Shown: positions 32,076 through 42,725, counted from the stretch's first letter. The stretch is DNA of 64,000 nt from Deltaproteobacteria bacterium (GCA_052390235.1 JBQTHB010000005.1:416001-480000); one strand, 5' to 3'. A program made the numbers and translations. The notes: generated by a model from the letters alone, not told the origin.

Positions 32076-33242
32076 ATGAACATCAAGTGGGCTAAGAGAA
32101 TTGCAGACCTGCCCCCCTACCTATTTGCCGAGATAGACGCGCAAAAACAGCAGATGCGCGCAAAAGGGGTTGACCTCATAGATTTGGGCATCGGAGACCC
32201 GGACATTCCGACCCCGCAGAATATTATAAACGCCCTCAAAGCCGCCGCCGAAGACCCTGGAAACCACAGATACCCCTCCTACGAAGGGCTATTTGCCTTC
32301 AGGCAGGCATCGGCTGATTGGTACAAAGAGAGGTTCGGCGTGAAGGTTGACCCCGCCTCTGAGGTCGTAACCCTCATCGGCTCGAAGGAGGGAATTGCCC
32401 ACACCCCTCTTGCCTTTATTGACCCCGGAGACGTAGTCCTAGTCCCTGACCCCGGCTATCCGGTCTATGGAGTGGCTACGACATTCGCCGGCGGGATTCC
32501 ATATCTCATGCCACTTCTGAAGGAAAATAACTTCCTCCCCGACCTTGCCGCCATACCTGATGAAATTTGCAAAAGGGCAAAGCTCATGTTCATCAACTAC
32601 CCGAATAACCCGACTTCCGCCGTGTGCGATATCTCATTTTTTAAGGACGTTGTTGAATTTGCCCAGAAACACGAAATCCTCGTCTGCCACGACGCCGCCT
32701 ACACCGAGGTAGCCTACGACGGGTTCAATCCGCCGAGCTTCCTTCAGGTTGACGGGGCGGCTGAAGTGGGTATGGAGTTTCACTCGCTCTCTAAGACGTT
32801 TAATATGACGGGCTGGCGCGTGGGCTTTGCCGCCGGAAACAAGAGGGCTATCGGGGGGCTTGGGAAGGTTAAAACCAATATTGACTCAGGCGTTTTTCAG
32901 GCAATACAGATTGCCGGCATCGAGGGGCTTCGCAACTACACCCTCGGCATGGCGGAGCGAAGGAAAATCTATGAGCATCGGCGGGATTTGTTCTGCAGGG
33001 GGCTGGAGGACATAGGTCTTGGCTATTATCCCCTGAAGGCGACGTTTTACGTCTGGGTTGATGTTCCCAAGGGATACGCATCAAAAGACTTCGCCGCGAA
33101 ACTCCTCTCCGAGGCGGGCATAGTCGCCACTCCCGGAAACGGATTCGGCAAATACGGCGAGGGCTATATACGCATCTCAATCACCATTGCCACGGAGCGG
33201 CTCGCCGAGGCTGTGGAGCGGCTTGGAAGGCTCAAATTTTAA
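32076..33242 (+). CDS. dapL: LL-diaminopimelate aminotransferase-like PLP aminotransferase
   Basis: LPPYLFAEID, LIGSKEGIAH, NYPNNPT, HDAAY, FHSLSKTFNMTGWR, KTNIDSG. AAGGAG RBS before ATG 32076. Confidence 0.85.
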   Translation: MNIKWAKRIADLPPYLFAEIDAQKQQMRAKGVDLIDLGIGDPDIPTPQNIINALKAAAEDPGNHRYPSYEGLFAFRQASADWYKERFGVKVDPASEVVTLIGSKEGIAHTPLAFIDPGDVVLVPDPGYPVYGVATTFAGGIPYLMPLLKENNFLPDLAAIPDEICKRAKLMFINYPNNPTSAVCDISFFKDVVEFAQKHEILVCHDAAYTEVAYDGFNPPSFLQVDGAAEVGMEFHSLSKTFNMTGWRVGFAAGNKRAIGGLGKVKTNIDSGVFQAIQIAGIEGLRNYTLGMAERRKIYEHRRDLFCRGLEDIGLGYYPLKATFYVWVDVPKGYASKDFAAKLLSEAGIVATPGNGFGKYGEGYIRISITIATERLAEAVERLGRLKF

Positions 33243-33329
33243 GCCTCGCCACTGAGCGCGGCGCAGGATTGTGGCTTGACGCCGAGGGTTATTGACTCTG
33301 CCGTTTGATATGAAGTAATATCACAGGGC

Positions 33330-34049
33330 ATGAAAGCCGATTCAGACGCTAATCCCTCATCGGAAACCTTGGAATTTCTATTGCAGAAGTACGAAAAGCT
33401 CTTGGCTGATGACCCCTCGTCAGGGGTTTTCGCCGCCCTCGCCGAGGTTCTAAGACGGCAGTCCAAGCTCGATAGGGCGACTGAAATTTTGGTCAAGGGG
33501 CTAAGGCAACACCCCGAAAACATCGCGGCAAGGCTCACCCTAGGCAGGATTTACTATGACCGCTGGATGATTGACGCCGCCAAAAGAGAGGTGGAGATGG
33601 TCCTGAAATCCTCGCCCGATAACCTCCGGGCGGCGCGCATTCTCGTTGAAATTTACCGAAGCGAGGGGAAGCCGGACAGGGCTTATGGAATTGCCTCAGT
33701 AGCCTCGCTCTACCACCCTGAGTGCGGGGAAATCGCCTCTGCCCTCGCGGATTTGACCGGGGAGGCTGAATCTCTCAGGCAGACGCCGCCCGCGCCGACC
33801 CAAAGCAGACGCGCCGCCCTGCTCTCCCTCGGCGAGGACGAGCTAGACCTATCTCCTGAGCCGTCCGATGGGGAAATCTACACGGAGACGATGGCGGATT
33901 TATACATAGGGCAGGGGGACTACGAGCGCGCTGTAGAGATTCTCGCCGCTATCGCCCTCGCCGCCCCCGAAAATCGGCAATTGCGGGCTAAACTGGACTC
34001 GGCCAGGTCCTGCCTGCTGTCAATTAAGTCGGGGTTTGAGGTTAAATAA
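33330..34049 (+). CDS. TPR-containing protein
   Basis: DPSSGVFAALAE, TPR helices, C-terminal TETMADLYIGQG motif. Confidence 0.8.
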   Translation: MKADSDANPSSETLEFLLQKYEKLLADDPSSGVFAALAEVLRRQSKLDRATEILVKGLRQHPENIAARLTLGRIYYDRWMIDAAKREVEMVLKSSPDNLRAARILVEIYRSEGKPDRAYGIASVASLYHPECGEIASALADLTGEAESLRQTPPAPTQSRRAALLSLGEDELDLSPEPSDGEIYTETMADLYIGQGDYERAVEILAAIALAAPENRQLRAKLDSARSCLLSIKSGFEVK

Positions 34050-34070
34050 ACGCGGTCTCGGAGCAAATCA

Positions 34071-34505
34071 ATGAAAATTCTCGTAATCCACGGGCCCAAT
34101 CTCAATATGCTTGGCAGGAGAGAGCCTGAGATATACGGCTCGACCACACTCGATGAAATCAACAGTATCATCGCTGCGGACGCCGAGATTCTGGGAGCGG
34201 ATGCGGATTTTTTCCAGTCAAATCTCGAGGGGGAAATAGTCTCGAAAATTCAGCAGTCGCTTGGGATGTTCGATGGAATTTTGATGAATCCCGCCGCCTA
34301 CACCCATACGAGCGTCGCTATGAGAGACGCGGTCTGCGCCGTGGGGCTTCCCGTTGTTGAGGTGCATCTGTCCAATATCTATAAGCGGGAGGAGTTTCGC
34401 CATAAATCGTTTATCTCTCCCGTGGCCGTCGGGGTGATTTCGGGCTTTGGCGTGGATAGCTACCTGCTTGGGCTAAGGGCGCTTGTGAATCATCTCAGCA
34501 AATAA
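34071..34505 (+). CDS. aroQ: Type II 3-dehydroquinate dehydratase
   Basis: [38 protein letters not shown]. Confidence 0.97.
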   Translation: MKILVIHGPNLNMLGRREPEIYGSTTLDEINSIIAADAEILGADADFFQSNLEGEIVSKIQQSLGMFDGILMNPAAYTHTSVAMRDAVCAVGLPVVEVHLSNIYKREEFRHKSFISPVAVGVISGFGVDSYLLGLRALVNHLSK

Positions 34506-34538
34506 CCGCCGCAATCTCCGCCGGGAATCGCATCTATC

Positions 34539-36242
34539 ATGAAAAATCGCTGGGTCATTGAGAAAGAGAATCCGAAGCTGCGCGATAGGATGGCAAAATC
34601 CCTAGGGCTTTGCCCGATAACCGCACAGATTCTCATTAACCGAGGTATAAAAACTGAAGCCGAAGCCGAGTCCTTTCTAAACGCGGGACTCTTTGACATC
34701 CCCTCCCCGAATCTCATCAAAGGGATGGACGCGGCAGTCGGGCGCATCCGGCAGGCGCTGGAGCGCGCAGAGAAGGTCGCCATATACGGGGACTACGACG
34801 TTGACGGCGTTACGGCGACGGCACTTTTCTATATATTCCTAAAAAATCTCGGCGCAGATATTTCCTACTACAATCCCGACAGGCTGAAAGAGGGCTATGG
34901 GATAAATTCCGATGCCATAAGTAAACTCAAAGAGGCGGGAGTCTCGCTTGTCGTTTCCGGGGACTGCGGGATTACGGCCGCCGCAGAGGTTGAAGAGGCA
35001 AAGCGCATCGGCGTGGATTTTATCATAACCGACCACCACGAAACCCCGCCGACCATTCCCGCCGCCGTATCCGTGCTAAACCCCCATCAGCCCGGATGCC
35101 CTTATCCGGGGAAGGAAATCACGGGAGTCGGGGTCATATTTAACCTCGTCATAGCGCTTCGGCGCTCCCTTCGGGAATCCGGCTTTTTCAAATCTCGCCC
35201 CGAGCCGAATCTGGGGGATTATCTAGACCTCGTCGCCCTTGGGACGGTTTCTGACTGCGCCTCGCTTACGAACGTAAACCGCATTTTCGTGAAGGAGGGA
35301 ATTAAGCGGATGCAATCGCCCAAGCGCCCCGGCACGGCGGCTCTAAAGGAGGCAAGCGGGATTAGGGGCGTCGTCGGCTCGTTCGACATTGGATTTAAGC
35401 TGGGCCCGAGGATAAACGCCTCCGGCAGGCTCATGAGCGCCGATGTTGCGGTGCGTCTGCTCATCTCAGACGATATTGCAATGGCTAGGGAGTACGCCTC
35501 GGCGCTGAGCCGCGAGAACTCAAAGCGTCAGGCGATGGAGCGGGAAATCCTAGCCGACGCCATAGCGCAAATCGAATCAAATCCCAATTTTCTCGCCTCC
35601 TCCTCTCTGGCTCTTGCCTCCGACAGCTGGCACGCCGGCGTGATAGGTATCGTGGCGTCGAGGCTCGTGGAGAGGTATGAAAAGCCGGTGGTGCTTATCG
35701 CCGTAGGGGAGGACGGGGCGGGCAAGGGGTCGGGCAGGAGCGTGCCGGGGGTGAATATTTACGAGGCTCTTCGGGCGTGCGAAGACCTCTTTGACCGTTT
35801 CGGCGGGCATGAGCTTGCGGCGGGAATGTCAATTCAAAAGGGGAAAATTGACGAGATGCGAGCGAGATTCGAGCGGGCAGTTAGCCTCGCCGCAGGCAGG
35901 TACGTATCCACTCTGAGGATTGACGCCCTCTGCGACATGGAGCATATTGACGAAGCGCTGGTTTCGGATTTGGACAGACTCGCCCCGTTTGGCATCGGAA
36001 ACCCTGAGCCTACGCTCCTCGCGAAATTCGCAGAGGTGATTTCCTGCCGCACTCTCAAGGGGGGGCATCTTAAAATTAAATTCAGGCGCGGCGATGGAGA
36101 GCTTGAGGGGGTTTGGTTCAACGCTGCCGAGAATCTAACGCTCCCAAGCCGGATGGACGTCGTCTTTACGCCTGAGTTCAACTCGTGGAATGGGAACAGA
36201 GAGGTGCGAGTCAGGATTCGCGACGCCGATTGGGGCGGATGA
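34539..36242 (+). CDS. recJ: ssDNA-specific exonuclease RecJ
   Basis: GDYDVDG, DCG, TDHH, GPRINASGR, KGSGRS, FGGHELAAG, PFGIGNPEP. Confidence 0.96.
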   Translation: MKNRWVIEKENPKLRDRMAKSLGLCPITAQILINRGIKTEAEAESFLNAGLFDIPSPNLIKGMDAAVGRIRQALERAEKVAIYGDYDVDGVTATALFYIFLKNLGADISYYNPDRLKEGYGINSDAISKLKEAGVSLVVSGDCGITAAAEVEEAKRIGVDFIITDHHETPPTIPAAVSVLNPHQPGCPYPGKEITGVGVIFNLVIALRRSLRESGFFKSRPEPNLGDYLDLVALGTVSDCASLTNVNRIFVKEGIKRMQSPKRPGTAALKEASGIRGVVGSFDIGFKLGPRINASGRLMSADVAVRLLISDDIAMAREYASALSRENSKRQAMEREILADAIAQIESNPNFLASSSLALASDSWHAGVIGIVASRLVERYEKPVVLIAVGEDGAGKGSGRSVPGVNIYEALRACEDLFDRFGGHELAAGMSIQKGKIDEMRARFERAVSLAAGRYVSTLRIDALCDMEHIDEALVSDLDRLAPFGIGNPEPTLLAKFAEVISCRTLKGGHLKIKFRRGDGELEGVWFNAAENLTLPSRMDVVFTPEFNSWNGNREVRVRIRDADWGG

Positions 36243-36496
36243 CGCGCGGCGCAAGGGGCAAAATCTAGGGCGGATTATCACACAGCCAACTAGCCAGCGC
36301 TCTCGATTTGCGCGCTAAATCAAACCGGAGAAATGAGCCGGCGTTATCGTTAATTCGCGCTACGCCTCGATTTTTATCCCCTCTGCCCTAGTGTAGCTTG
36401 CCGCCGCAACCGCCTCCTGAGCCTCTTGCTGGAGCGGATGTTGATTTTGGCAATATCGCATTTATAATAAAGCCCTCTAATTCGGCGTAATCCTGT

Positions 36497-36569
36497 GGGC
36501 TGCTAGCTCAGTTGGTAGAGCAAGTGACTCTTAATCACTGGGTCGTGGGTTCGAATCCCTCGCAGCCCA
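36497..36569 (+). tRNA. tRNA-Lys(CTT)
   Basis: Cloverleaf GGGCTGC...GCAGCCCA, anticodon arm GTGACT-CTT-AATCAC, GTTCGAATC T-loop, CCA not encoded. Confidence 0.95.
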
Positions 36570-36582
36570 CTCCCGAATTTTA

Positions 36583-36664
36583 GCGGAAGTGGCGGAACTG
36601 GCAGACGCGCTGGACTTAGGATCCAGTGGGTAACTCCGTGGGGGTTCAACTCCCCCCTTCCGCA
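36583..36664 (+). tRNA. tRNA-Leu(TAG)
   Basis: GCGGAAG...CTTCCGCA, anticodon arm CTGGACT-TAG-GATCCAG, long variable arm, CCA not encoded. Confidence 0.95.
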
Positions 36665-36675
36665 GTAATTTCGCA
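36658..36675 (+). repeat. Left copy of 18-bp direct repeat (tRNA-Leu 3' end)
   Basis: TTCCGCAGTAATTTCGCA, identical to 55848-55865, with weaker similarity for about 25 nt further. Confidence 0.9.
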
Positions 36676-36767
36676 AGCTCAGAGCGATTGCCCGCCCGCC
36701 CCAAATGTAGCGGCGAAATTGCAGGATGAGAGCGAATCCCCCCCCCACCATTTTTCCGTACCTCGCG

Positions 36768-36875
36768 GGACTCTCAGCAGACAATAAATTTAGAAAACTA
36801 CCCTTTTTTAGAATTTGGAATTTTTGCGATAGCGGGAATTTATCTGATACGTGGAATTGGAGAGCTAATTTTTAA
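36768..36875 (+). pseudogene. Internal fragment of a small membrane-protein gene at the island's left edge
   Basis: Reads GLSADNKFRKLPF, then after a frameshift in a T run (L)EFGIFAIAGIYLIRGIGELIF. No start, and it is where the AT-rich DNA begins. Confidence 0.4.
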
Positions 36876-36883
36876 TCTAGCGA

Positions 36884-37008
36884 TAACAGCGGCTTGGCAT
36901 AACGGTGGGCAGACGCGCCTCGTAGAAACTCTGGCGCTATACTTGAACTGCGGCGCTGGCAGTAGCGGCGCGCGAAAATCCCGCGCTTCGGGTAGATGCG
37001 AAAGATTA
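36884..37008 (+). repeat. Degenerate attC-like element 1
   Basis: TAACAGCGGCTTGGC... same family as the intact copies. Right core decayed to ATTA (37005-37008) and the arms no longer match. Confidence 0.7.
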
Positions 37009-37027
37009 AAACATAAGGAGATATTAA

Positions 37028-38998
37028 GTGCAAGCAAAAGAAACTAAACTGCAAGACATAATTGAAGGAACAAAACAATATGTAATTCCACTTTTCCAAC
37101 GGACTTACAGTTGGACACTAAAAGAATGGGAAGTTCTTTGGAAAGACCTTGTTGAACTAAGTGAAATGGAAAACCCAAGAACGCATTTCATCGGTTCAAT
37201 TGTAAATATGCCGACAGTTTCTGTTCCTGAGGGCGTTGCAAAATATTTGCTTATAGACGGACAACAGCGATTAACAACAATTTTTATTTTATTGACACTT
37301 TTACGGAATAAAGCAAGAGAAAATCAAAACCTAAGATTTGCAGACGAAGTAAACAACACCTTACTTGTAAATCAATATAAAGACGGTAATGACTATTTCA
37401 AGTTAATGCCAACACAAGTTGATAGACCGACATTTGAGAACCCAATCAATGGTAATCCAAATAAAACGAAAAATCAAATTACCGAAGCTTACGTGTTTTT
37501 TGAGAAAAAGCTAAAACAGGTTGAACTTGAGCCAGAGAAACTGAAAAAAATAATCACAAGTTATTTTTCGGTAGTCAGCATTGTTCTTGACTCAGACGAC
37601 AATCCGTATTTGGTCTTTGAAAGTTTGAATGCTAAAGGCAGATCTTTAACACAAGCGGACTTAATACGCAACTACTTCTTTATGCGAATCCACGTTGACA
37701 AGCAGGAGAAAGTTTATAACGATTATTGGTTGCCAATGCAAACTGCTTTGGGTGAAAGCTTGACCGAGTTTATTCGACACTTTTTGATGCGTAATGGAAA
37801 TATAATCAAACAAGGAGACGTTTATTATGCACTAAAAAAAAGTGTTTCAACATCAAATGCAACTGACTATTTAAGTGATTTAAAGAAATTCTCAACCTAT
37901 TATCAAAGGCTTATTTATCCTGAATTTGAGCCCGAAGCTCAGTTGCAAAAATATTTCCGCAGACTTAATAGAATTGAAGTTACTACTGCCTATCCATTGC
38001 TCTTAAATTTTTACAGCAATTACGCTGATGGGAAAATTACCAAAGACGACTTTGTTACAATCCTAAAAACTTTAGAGAATTACTTAATCAGACGATTTGT
38101 ATGTAATGTCCCTTCAAATACACTAAACAAAATATTCCCGATTGTTTATCCTCAAATCATTTCTAAACATCCTGACAATATTGCAGAAGGATTCAAAACT
38201 ATTCTACAGGGCAGAGGTTATCCAAAGGATAATGAATTTTATATACGCTTTAGAGAAACCAAATTTTATGGTGGTGGCGATAGACAAATAAAAACAAAAC
38301 TCATTCTTGAATCAATTGAAGAAAGTTTTGCTCACAAAGAGGTAGTTCCTTTTGACAACTTAACCGTTGAACATGTGATGCCTCAAACTCTTTCTGAGTG
38401 GTGGCAAAAAGAACTTGGTGACGAGTGGGAAGAAACTCACGATTTGTTTTTGCACACAATTGGAAATTTAAGTTTGACTGCTTACAACACAGAACTTTCA
38501 AACGATGATTACCCAACCAAAAAGAAAACACTCAATGAAAGTCATTTAGAACTCAACAAATATTTCTCTTCACTCCCAAATTGGACAAGGAACGAAATAG
38601 AACAACGTGCGGAAGTGTTAGCAAAGAAAGCCCTTGAAATATGGAACTACTTTGGACAGGAAAACACTTCTCCAACGGACTTACATGAAGTAACAGGAAC
38701 AACTCCATTTGCTTTGAAAATTTTAGGACAACATATTCCAGTTGCTTCGTGGCGTGATGTAATGGAGCAGACATTAAATACTATTGCGGACCTTGAACCA
38801 GAAAAATTTGAAGTATTAGCTCACAACTTTCCAAGATATTTAGGCAAGGACAAAAATAAATTCAGAGCAATACGACAACTTCAAAATGGTTACTTCATTG
38901 AAGTAAACCTTTCGGCACAAAGTGTTCAGAAAATTTGCTATCAAGCAATGGAAACTATTAAATTTACATCAGACGAATGGCAAGTGGAAGTGAAATAG
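37028..38998 (+). CDS. GmrSD-type (DUF262 + DUF1524/HNH) modification-dependent restriction protein
   Basis: IPLFQRTYSW, LIDGQQRLTT, FESLNAKG, EHVMPQ...IGNL....N. GTG start with AAGGAG RBS. Confidence 0.9.
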   Translation: MQAKETKLQDIIEGTKQYVIPLFQRTYSWTLKEWEVLWKDLVELSEMENPRTHFIGSIVNMPTVSVPEGVAKYLLIDGQQRLTTIFILLTLLRNKARENQNLRFADEVNNTLLVNQYKDGNDYFKLMPTQVDRPTFENPINGNPNKTKNQITEAYVFFEKKLKQVELEPEKLKKIITSYFSVVSIVLDSDDNPYLVFESLNAKGRSLTQADLIRNYFFMRIHVDKQEKVYNDYWLPMQTALGESLTEFIRHFLMRNGNIIKQGDVYYALKKSVSTSNATDYLSDLKKFSTYYQRLIYPEFEPEAQLQKYFRRLNRIEVTTAYPLLLNFYSNYADGKITKDDFVTILKTLENYLIRRFVCNVPSNTLNKIFPIVYPQIISKHPDNIAEGFKTILQGRGYPKDNEFYIRFRETKFYGGGDRQIKTKLILESIEESFAHKEVVPFDNLTVEHVMPQTLSEWWQKELGDEWEETHDLFLHTIGNLSLTAYNTELSNDDYPTKKKTLNESHLELNKYFSSLPNWTRNEIEQRAEVLAKKALEIWNYFGQENTSPTDLHEVTGTTPFALKILGQHIPVASWRDVMEQTLNTIADLEPEKFEVLAHNFPRYLGKDKNKFRAIRQLQNGYFIEVNLSAQSVQKICYQAMETIKFTSDEWQVEVK

Positions 38999-39008
38999 CC
39001 CGACCCGC

Positions 39009-39035
39009 TAACAAGGTATTGCCGCAATGGCGGGC
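39009..39035 (+). repeat. Left half of attC-like element 2 (truncated)
   Basis: CCGCTAACAAGGTATTGCCGCAATGGCGGGC directly after the stop codon, fused to the recombinase fragment. Confidence 0.7.
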
Positions 39036-39282
39036 GAACCTTACGATGCCCGCAGCCTGCAACAGGTACTGAAACAAGCCCTGCACAAGGCCAATATTCG
39101 CAAAGCCGGCTACGCTGCATTGGCTGCGCCACAGCTATGCTACGCACTTGCTGGAAGCGGGTACCGACCTGCGTTATATTCAAGAAATACTCGGACACAA
39201 GAGCAGTAAAACTACCGAAATATATACGCACGTGAGTACGCGGAGCATTCAAAATATTGCCTCGCCGTTTGATGATTTGTGA
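39033..39282 (+). pseudogene. C-terminal relic of a tyrosine recombinase (5'-deleted, frameshifted)
   Basis: [24 protein letters not shown], then +1 A at 39102-39104, then [44 protein letters not shown]...SPFDDL*. Contains HxLRH, LGH and the catalytic Tyr. Confidence 0.92.
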
Positions 39283-39400
39283 GAAAGAATTATATTTGTA
39301 CGAGATAAAACAATACGCTACCGAGTAGTGGCTATACATCCAAAATGGGCGAATATGCGATATAATGTAGCGACTACAAGCAAGTTATAGGCAATTTTTA
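39283..39400 (+). other. Candidate attI-like primary site / cassette promoter region
   Basis: Non-palindromic segment after the recombinase stop ending in core GTTATAGGCA (39384-39393). TATAAT at 39361-39366. Confidence 0.5.
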
Positions 39401-39413
39401 ACGACTACCTAAC

Positions 39414-40853
39414 ATGACAGATAAACCTAAAATATTCATTTCATATAGTTGGACAAATCCGAGTCATGAGAGTTGGGTTATTAACCTTGCAGAAAGATTG
39501 GTTGCAGATGGCGTTGACGTATCCATAGACAAGTGGGATTTAAAAGAAGGACACGATAAATTCAACTTTATGGAGACTATGGTTAAATCACCAGAGATTG
39601 ATAAAGTCTCAATAATTCTTGACAAAAAATATTCAGAGAAAGCAGACCAAAGAACTGGTGGTGTTGGAACAGAAACACAAATAATTAGCCCAAACATTTA
39701 TGCCAATGTTTCTCAAGAGAAATTCATTCCAATTGTTAGCGAGCGAGCCGAGGACGGGAATGCTTTTATCCCGACTTATCTTGACGGAAGAATTTACATT
39801 GACCTTTCAGAGCAGGAGCATTACGAAACCAATTATGAAAACTTACTTAGGAATATATTTAAACGCCCTGCATACAGCAAACCAAAAATAGGAAAAGCTC
39901 CAAGTTATTTGTTTGAAGAAACACCTATGAGCCATAAAACTTCTTCAATAATAAGGAGTTTCGACAACCAAATAGAAAAAAATCCAAAACGTATAAATTC
40001 GATTGCCAGAGATTTTTTGGAAGAATTTTACTCCAATCTAAAGGACTATACAATCACTTTTACAAGCCGAGACACTGCGACTTTTGGCAAAGAAATTTGC
40101 GACAACATAAACTCCTATACTCCTCTTAGAAACGACTTCATTTTGTTTTTTGACAAAGTGACAAGGAGTGAGATTGAACTTGAAATTGACATATTGATTA
40201 GGTTTCTTGAAAGATTGCCGTTACTCACTACGCCACAGGACAATAGAAGTAGCTGGTCTCCAAATGAGTTTGATAACTTTAGATTTTTCATTCATGAACT
40301 ATTTCTCTATCTAATCGCTGTTGGACTAAAAAATGAGAACTATAAATTTGTTGAGGAATTGCTTTATTCAAGCTATTTCTTCCAAGACAAATATGACTAT
40401 AAGAATGAACCCAAAATGTTTGAAAAATTCTATCATCATGTGGACATTATAAAACAATACTATAACCAAACCTACTCTCAAAACTTTTACAGTCCTATGG
40501 CTGACCTAATGATAAAAAGGATACCAGACGGTTACACGAGAGATCATTTAATAGATGCTGACTTGCTTTGCTATTACGTTGCAGAACTCAACAATCTTCG
40601 TTGGTTCCCTATTACTTACGTTTACAGGACAAGAGGAAAATTTGATTTGTTTGACCGACTTATTTCTAAGCGACACTTTGACAAAGTGAAACTGTTGTTT
40701 AATGTTTCAAATTCTAAAGAGTTGCAAGACAAGTTGACGACAATACAACAAAATGACAAAAATCCTGAGCGAGTTAGGTATTCTGGTTCGTCTGACTCTG
40801 TAATTCCTATTTACAAAATTATTGACATTGACAAAATTGGAACGACAAGATAA
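39414..40853 (+). CDS. SEFIR/TIR-domain protein (bSEFIR-like anti-phage candidate)
   Basis: KIFISYSW...WVINLAERL..DGVDV.IDKWDLKEG...FME...GGVGTE...KFIP, plus a long helical C-terminus. Confidence 0.85.
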   Translation: MTDKPKIFISYSWTNPSHESWVINLAERLVADGVDVSIDKWDLKEGHDKFNFMETMVKSPEIDKVSIILDKKYSEKADQRTGGVGTETQIISPNIYANVSQEKFIPIVSERAEDGNAFIPTYLDGRIYIDLSEQEHYETNYENLLRNIFKRPAYSKPKIGKAPSYLFEETPMSHKTSSIIRSFDNQIEKNPKRINSIARDFLEEFYSNLKDYTITFTSRDTATFGKEICDNINSYTPLRNDFILFFDKVTRSEIELEIDILIRFLERLPLLTTPQDNRSSWSPNEFDNFRFFIHELFLYLIAVGLKNENYKFVEELLYSSYFFQDKYDYKNEPKMFEKFYHHVDIIKQYYNQTYSQNFYSPMADLMIKRIPDGYTRDHLIDADLLCYYVAELNNLRWFPITYVYRTRGKFDLFDRLISKRHFDKVKLLFNVSNSKELQDKLTTIQQNDKNPERVRYSGSSDSVIPIYKIIDIDKIGTTR

Positions 40854-40862
40854 AACTGCCTA

Positions 40863-40988
40863 TAACACGGGTTTTGCGTCAGGCGGGGTGACGTGCAAAC
40901 TTGGAGCTTTGTGCTTCCATTCAAGTTCAGTGCTGGTTGACAGTTTTGTGCTCCGAAACCCGCCCGAACGCAAAGCCCGAAACCGTTA
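40863..40988 (+). repeat. Intact attC-like element 3 (126 bp)
   Basis: TAAC-A-CGGGTTTTGCGTCAGGCGGG...CCCGCCCGAACGCAAAGCCCG-AAACC-GTTA. Confidence 0.9.
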
Positions 40989-41046
40989 TCGGCCAGCTTA
41001 AAAGACGACAGTGTATAAAACAAACAGACGACAATAAACAGAAAAT

Positions 41047-41968
41047 ATGATACCAGACTACCAATCTTTAATGCTTCCATTACTTAAACTTGTTTCGGAC
41101 GGACAGGAACATAAATACAGAGACCTAATCGAAAATTTGGCGACAGAATTTCGAGTGATTGATGAAAAACGCAAAGAACTTTTGGCAAGCGGCAACCAAG
41201 CAATTTTTGACAATCAATAGAGTTAGTTGGGCAAAAACGTATTTAAAAAAGGCTGGACTACTTGACTCACCAAAACGTGCCACATGTGTAATCACACAAC
41301 TGGGACTTGACACCTTAAAGAAAAATCCTGACCGAGTAGATGCAAAATATTTAAGACAATTCCCTGCATTTTTAGAGTTTCAAAATGCTTTACGTAACGA
41401 CAACAACATTGACGAAGAAGTAACAACTCAAGAACCAAGCGACCAGACACCCGAAGAAAATCTCGACAAAGCATATCAAAGAATACGTAAATCGTTAACA
41501 TCTGAACTGCTTAACAAAGTTGTTGAGCTTTCTCCAATATTTTTTGAGCGACTTGTTGTTGAACTATTAGTAAAAATGGGTTACGGTGGTTCAATCAAGG
41601 ACGCTGGAAAAGCAATTGGAAAAAGTGGTGATGAAGGAATTGACGGAACAATAAAAGAAGACAAACTCGGACTTGACATTGTTTATATCCAAGCAAAGCG
41701 TTGGAAACCTGGCAATGTTGTTGGACGACCAGAACTTCACAAGTTTGTTGGTGCGTTGGCTGGACAAGGTGCAAAAAAAGGCATCTTCATCACGACATCG
41801 AATTTTACAAAGGAAGCGTTAGAATACACCCCTAAAAATGAAACTAAAATTGTGCTTATTGACGGAGAACAATTGGCTCAATTAATGATTGACTACAATC
41901 TTGGTTGCGCGACACAACAGATTTACGAACTTAAAAAAATTGACAGTGATTATTTTGGCGAAGAGTAA
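41047..41968 (+). pseudogene. mrr: Mrr restriction protein, frameshifted
   Basis: MIPDYQSLMLPLL...FDN, then a 4-bp duplication CAATCAAT (41211-41218) giving TAG at 41218. Remainder has RVSWAKTYLKKAG, FERLV..LL..MGY, SGDEGIDG, IQAKRW. Confidence 0.9.
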
Positions 41969-41998
41969 CATTAATGACAGACAAGAAAGCCGAACCGA

Positions 41999-42089
41999 TA
42001 ACAGCGGCTTTGTGCGATAGCGGGCTGACATGCAAATATGAAAGTTTGTGCATAAAACGAACTGACAGATAAATGCAAATAAACTTTCT
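41999..42089 (+). repeat. Truncated attC-like element 4
   Basis: CCGATAACAGCGGCTTTGTGCGATAGCGGGCTGA..., right arm missing. Confidence 0.8.
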
Positions 42090-42500
42090 AAATCTTCAAA
42101 TTGGGGGCAATTATTCCCAAGTGTCTCAACATTAACATTTACTCAAAATGGTTATGGTCCGTCTTTAGATTTGCGAATTACAAAATCTGAAGGAGTTGCG
42201 GTTACAGTTGTTCCTGAAGGAACACCAGGAGCTGGTGTAGTTGCAATTAAAAGAGTTAATGAATTAGACTTTTATAATTTAGGGAGAGACCAACTGGCTA
42301 AAAAACTTGGACTTACAGGGCCAAAAACAACTGAAGCAATTAAATATTTTGCTATTAAGTCAGACACCGAATGTTTCAAAAACTTGAAAATTGGAAACGT
42401 AACATTTGACAGATATTCGCAAAAAGCTATTGAAAAATTAAAATCTGGACTTTCAACAAAATCAGCTGATAAAATTTGGAATGAACGTCCAAAAAGATAG
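42090..42500 (+). pseudogene. 3' remnant of a cassette gene (resembles the C-terminus of DUF3644-type proteins)
   Basis: Open frame extends upstream of the TTG start (KSSNWGQLFPSV...GPSLDLRITKSEG...KRVNELDFYNLG) into the broken att element. No RBS or true start. Confidence 0.55.
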
Positions 42501-42512
42501 AACGCCAGCTAC

Positions 42513-42638
42513 TAACAGCGGCTTACCGCAAGTGGGGCGGACGTGGGAACCGAAAGTGTATCGCTCTTTTTATACATTTGTGTTAGCCGACAGTTGGTCG
42601 CTTCGAAAGCCCCACTTGCGGTAAGCCGCAAAACGTTA
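42513..42638 (+). repeat. Intact attC-like element 5 (126 bp)
   Basis: TAAC-A, perfect 21-bp inverted repeat (42518-42538 / 42609-42629), AAAAC-GTTA. Confidence 0.92.
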
Positions 42639-42725
42639 TGTGCCATTTTAAGGCGACTGTGCAACATTGAAACTTTGTGCATAAAACCGACCTGAACCAA
42701 GAGAGAAAAAACATACCTTCGTGCA

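Noticed and set aside
36503..36784. 93-aa minus-strand ORF
   Set aside because: Antisense to tRNA-Lys and tRNA-Leu.
40811..41080. Minus-strand ORFs across att elements (also 42512-42700, 44760-45326, 55118-55528, 36840-37037)
   Set aside because: Shadow frames running through palindromic repeats and antisense to real genes.
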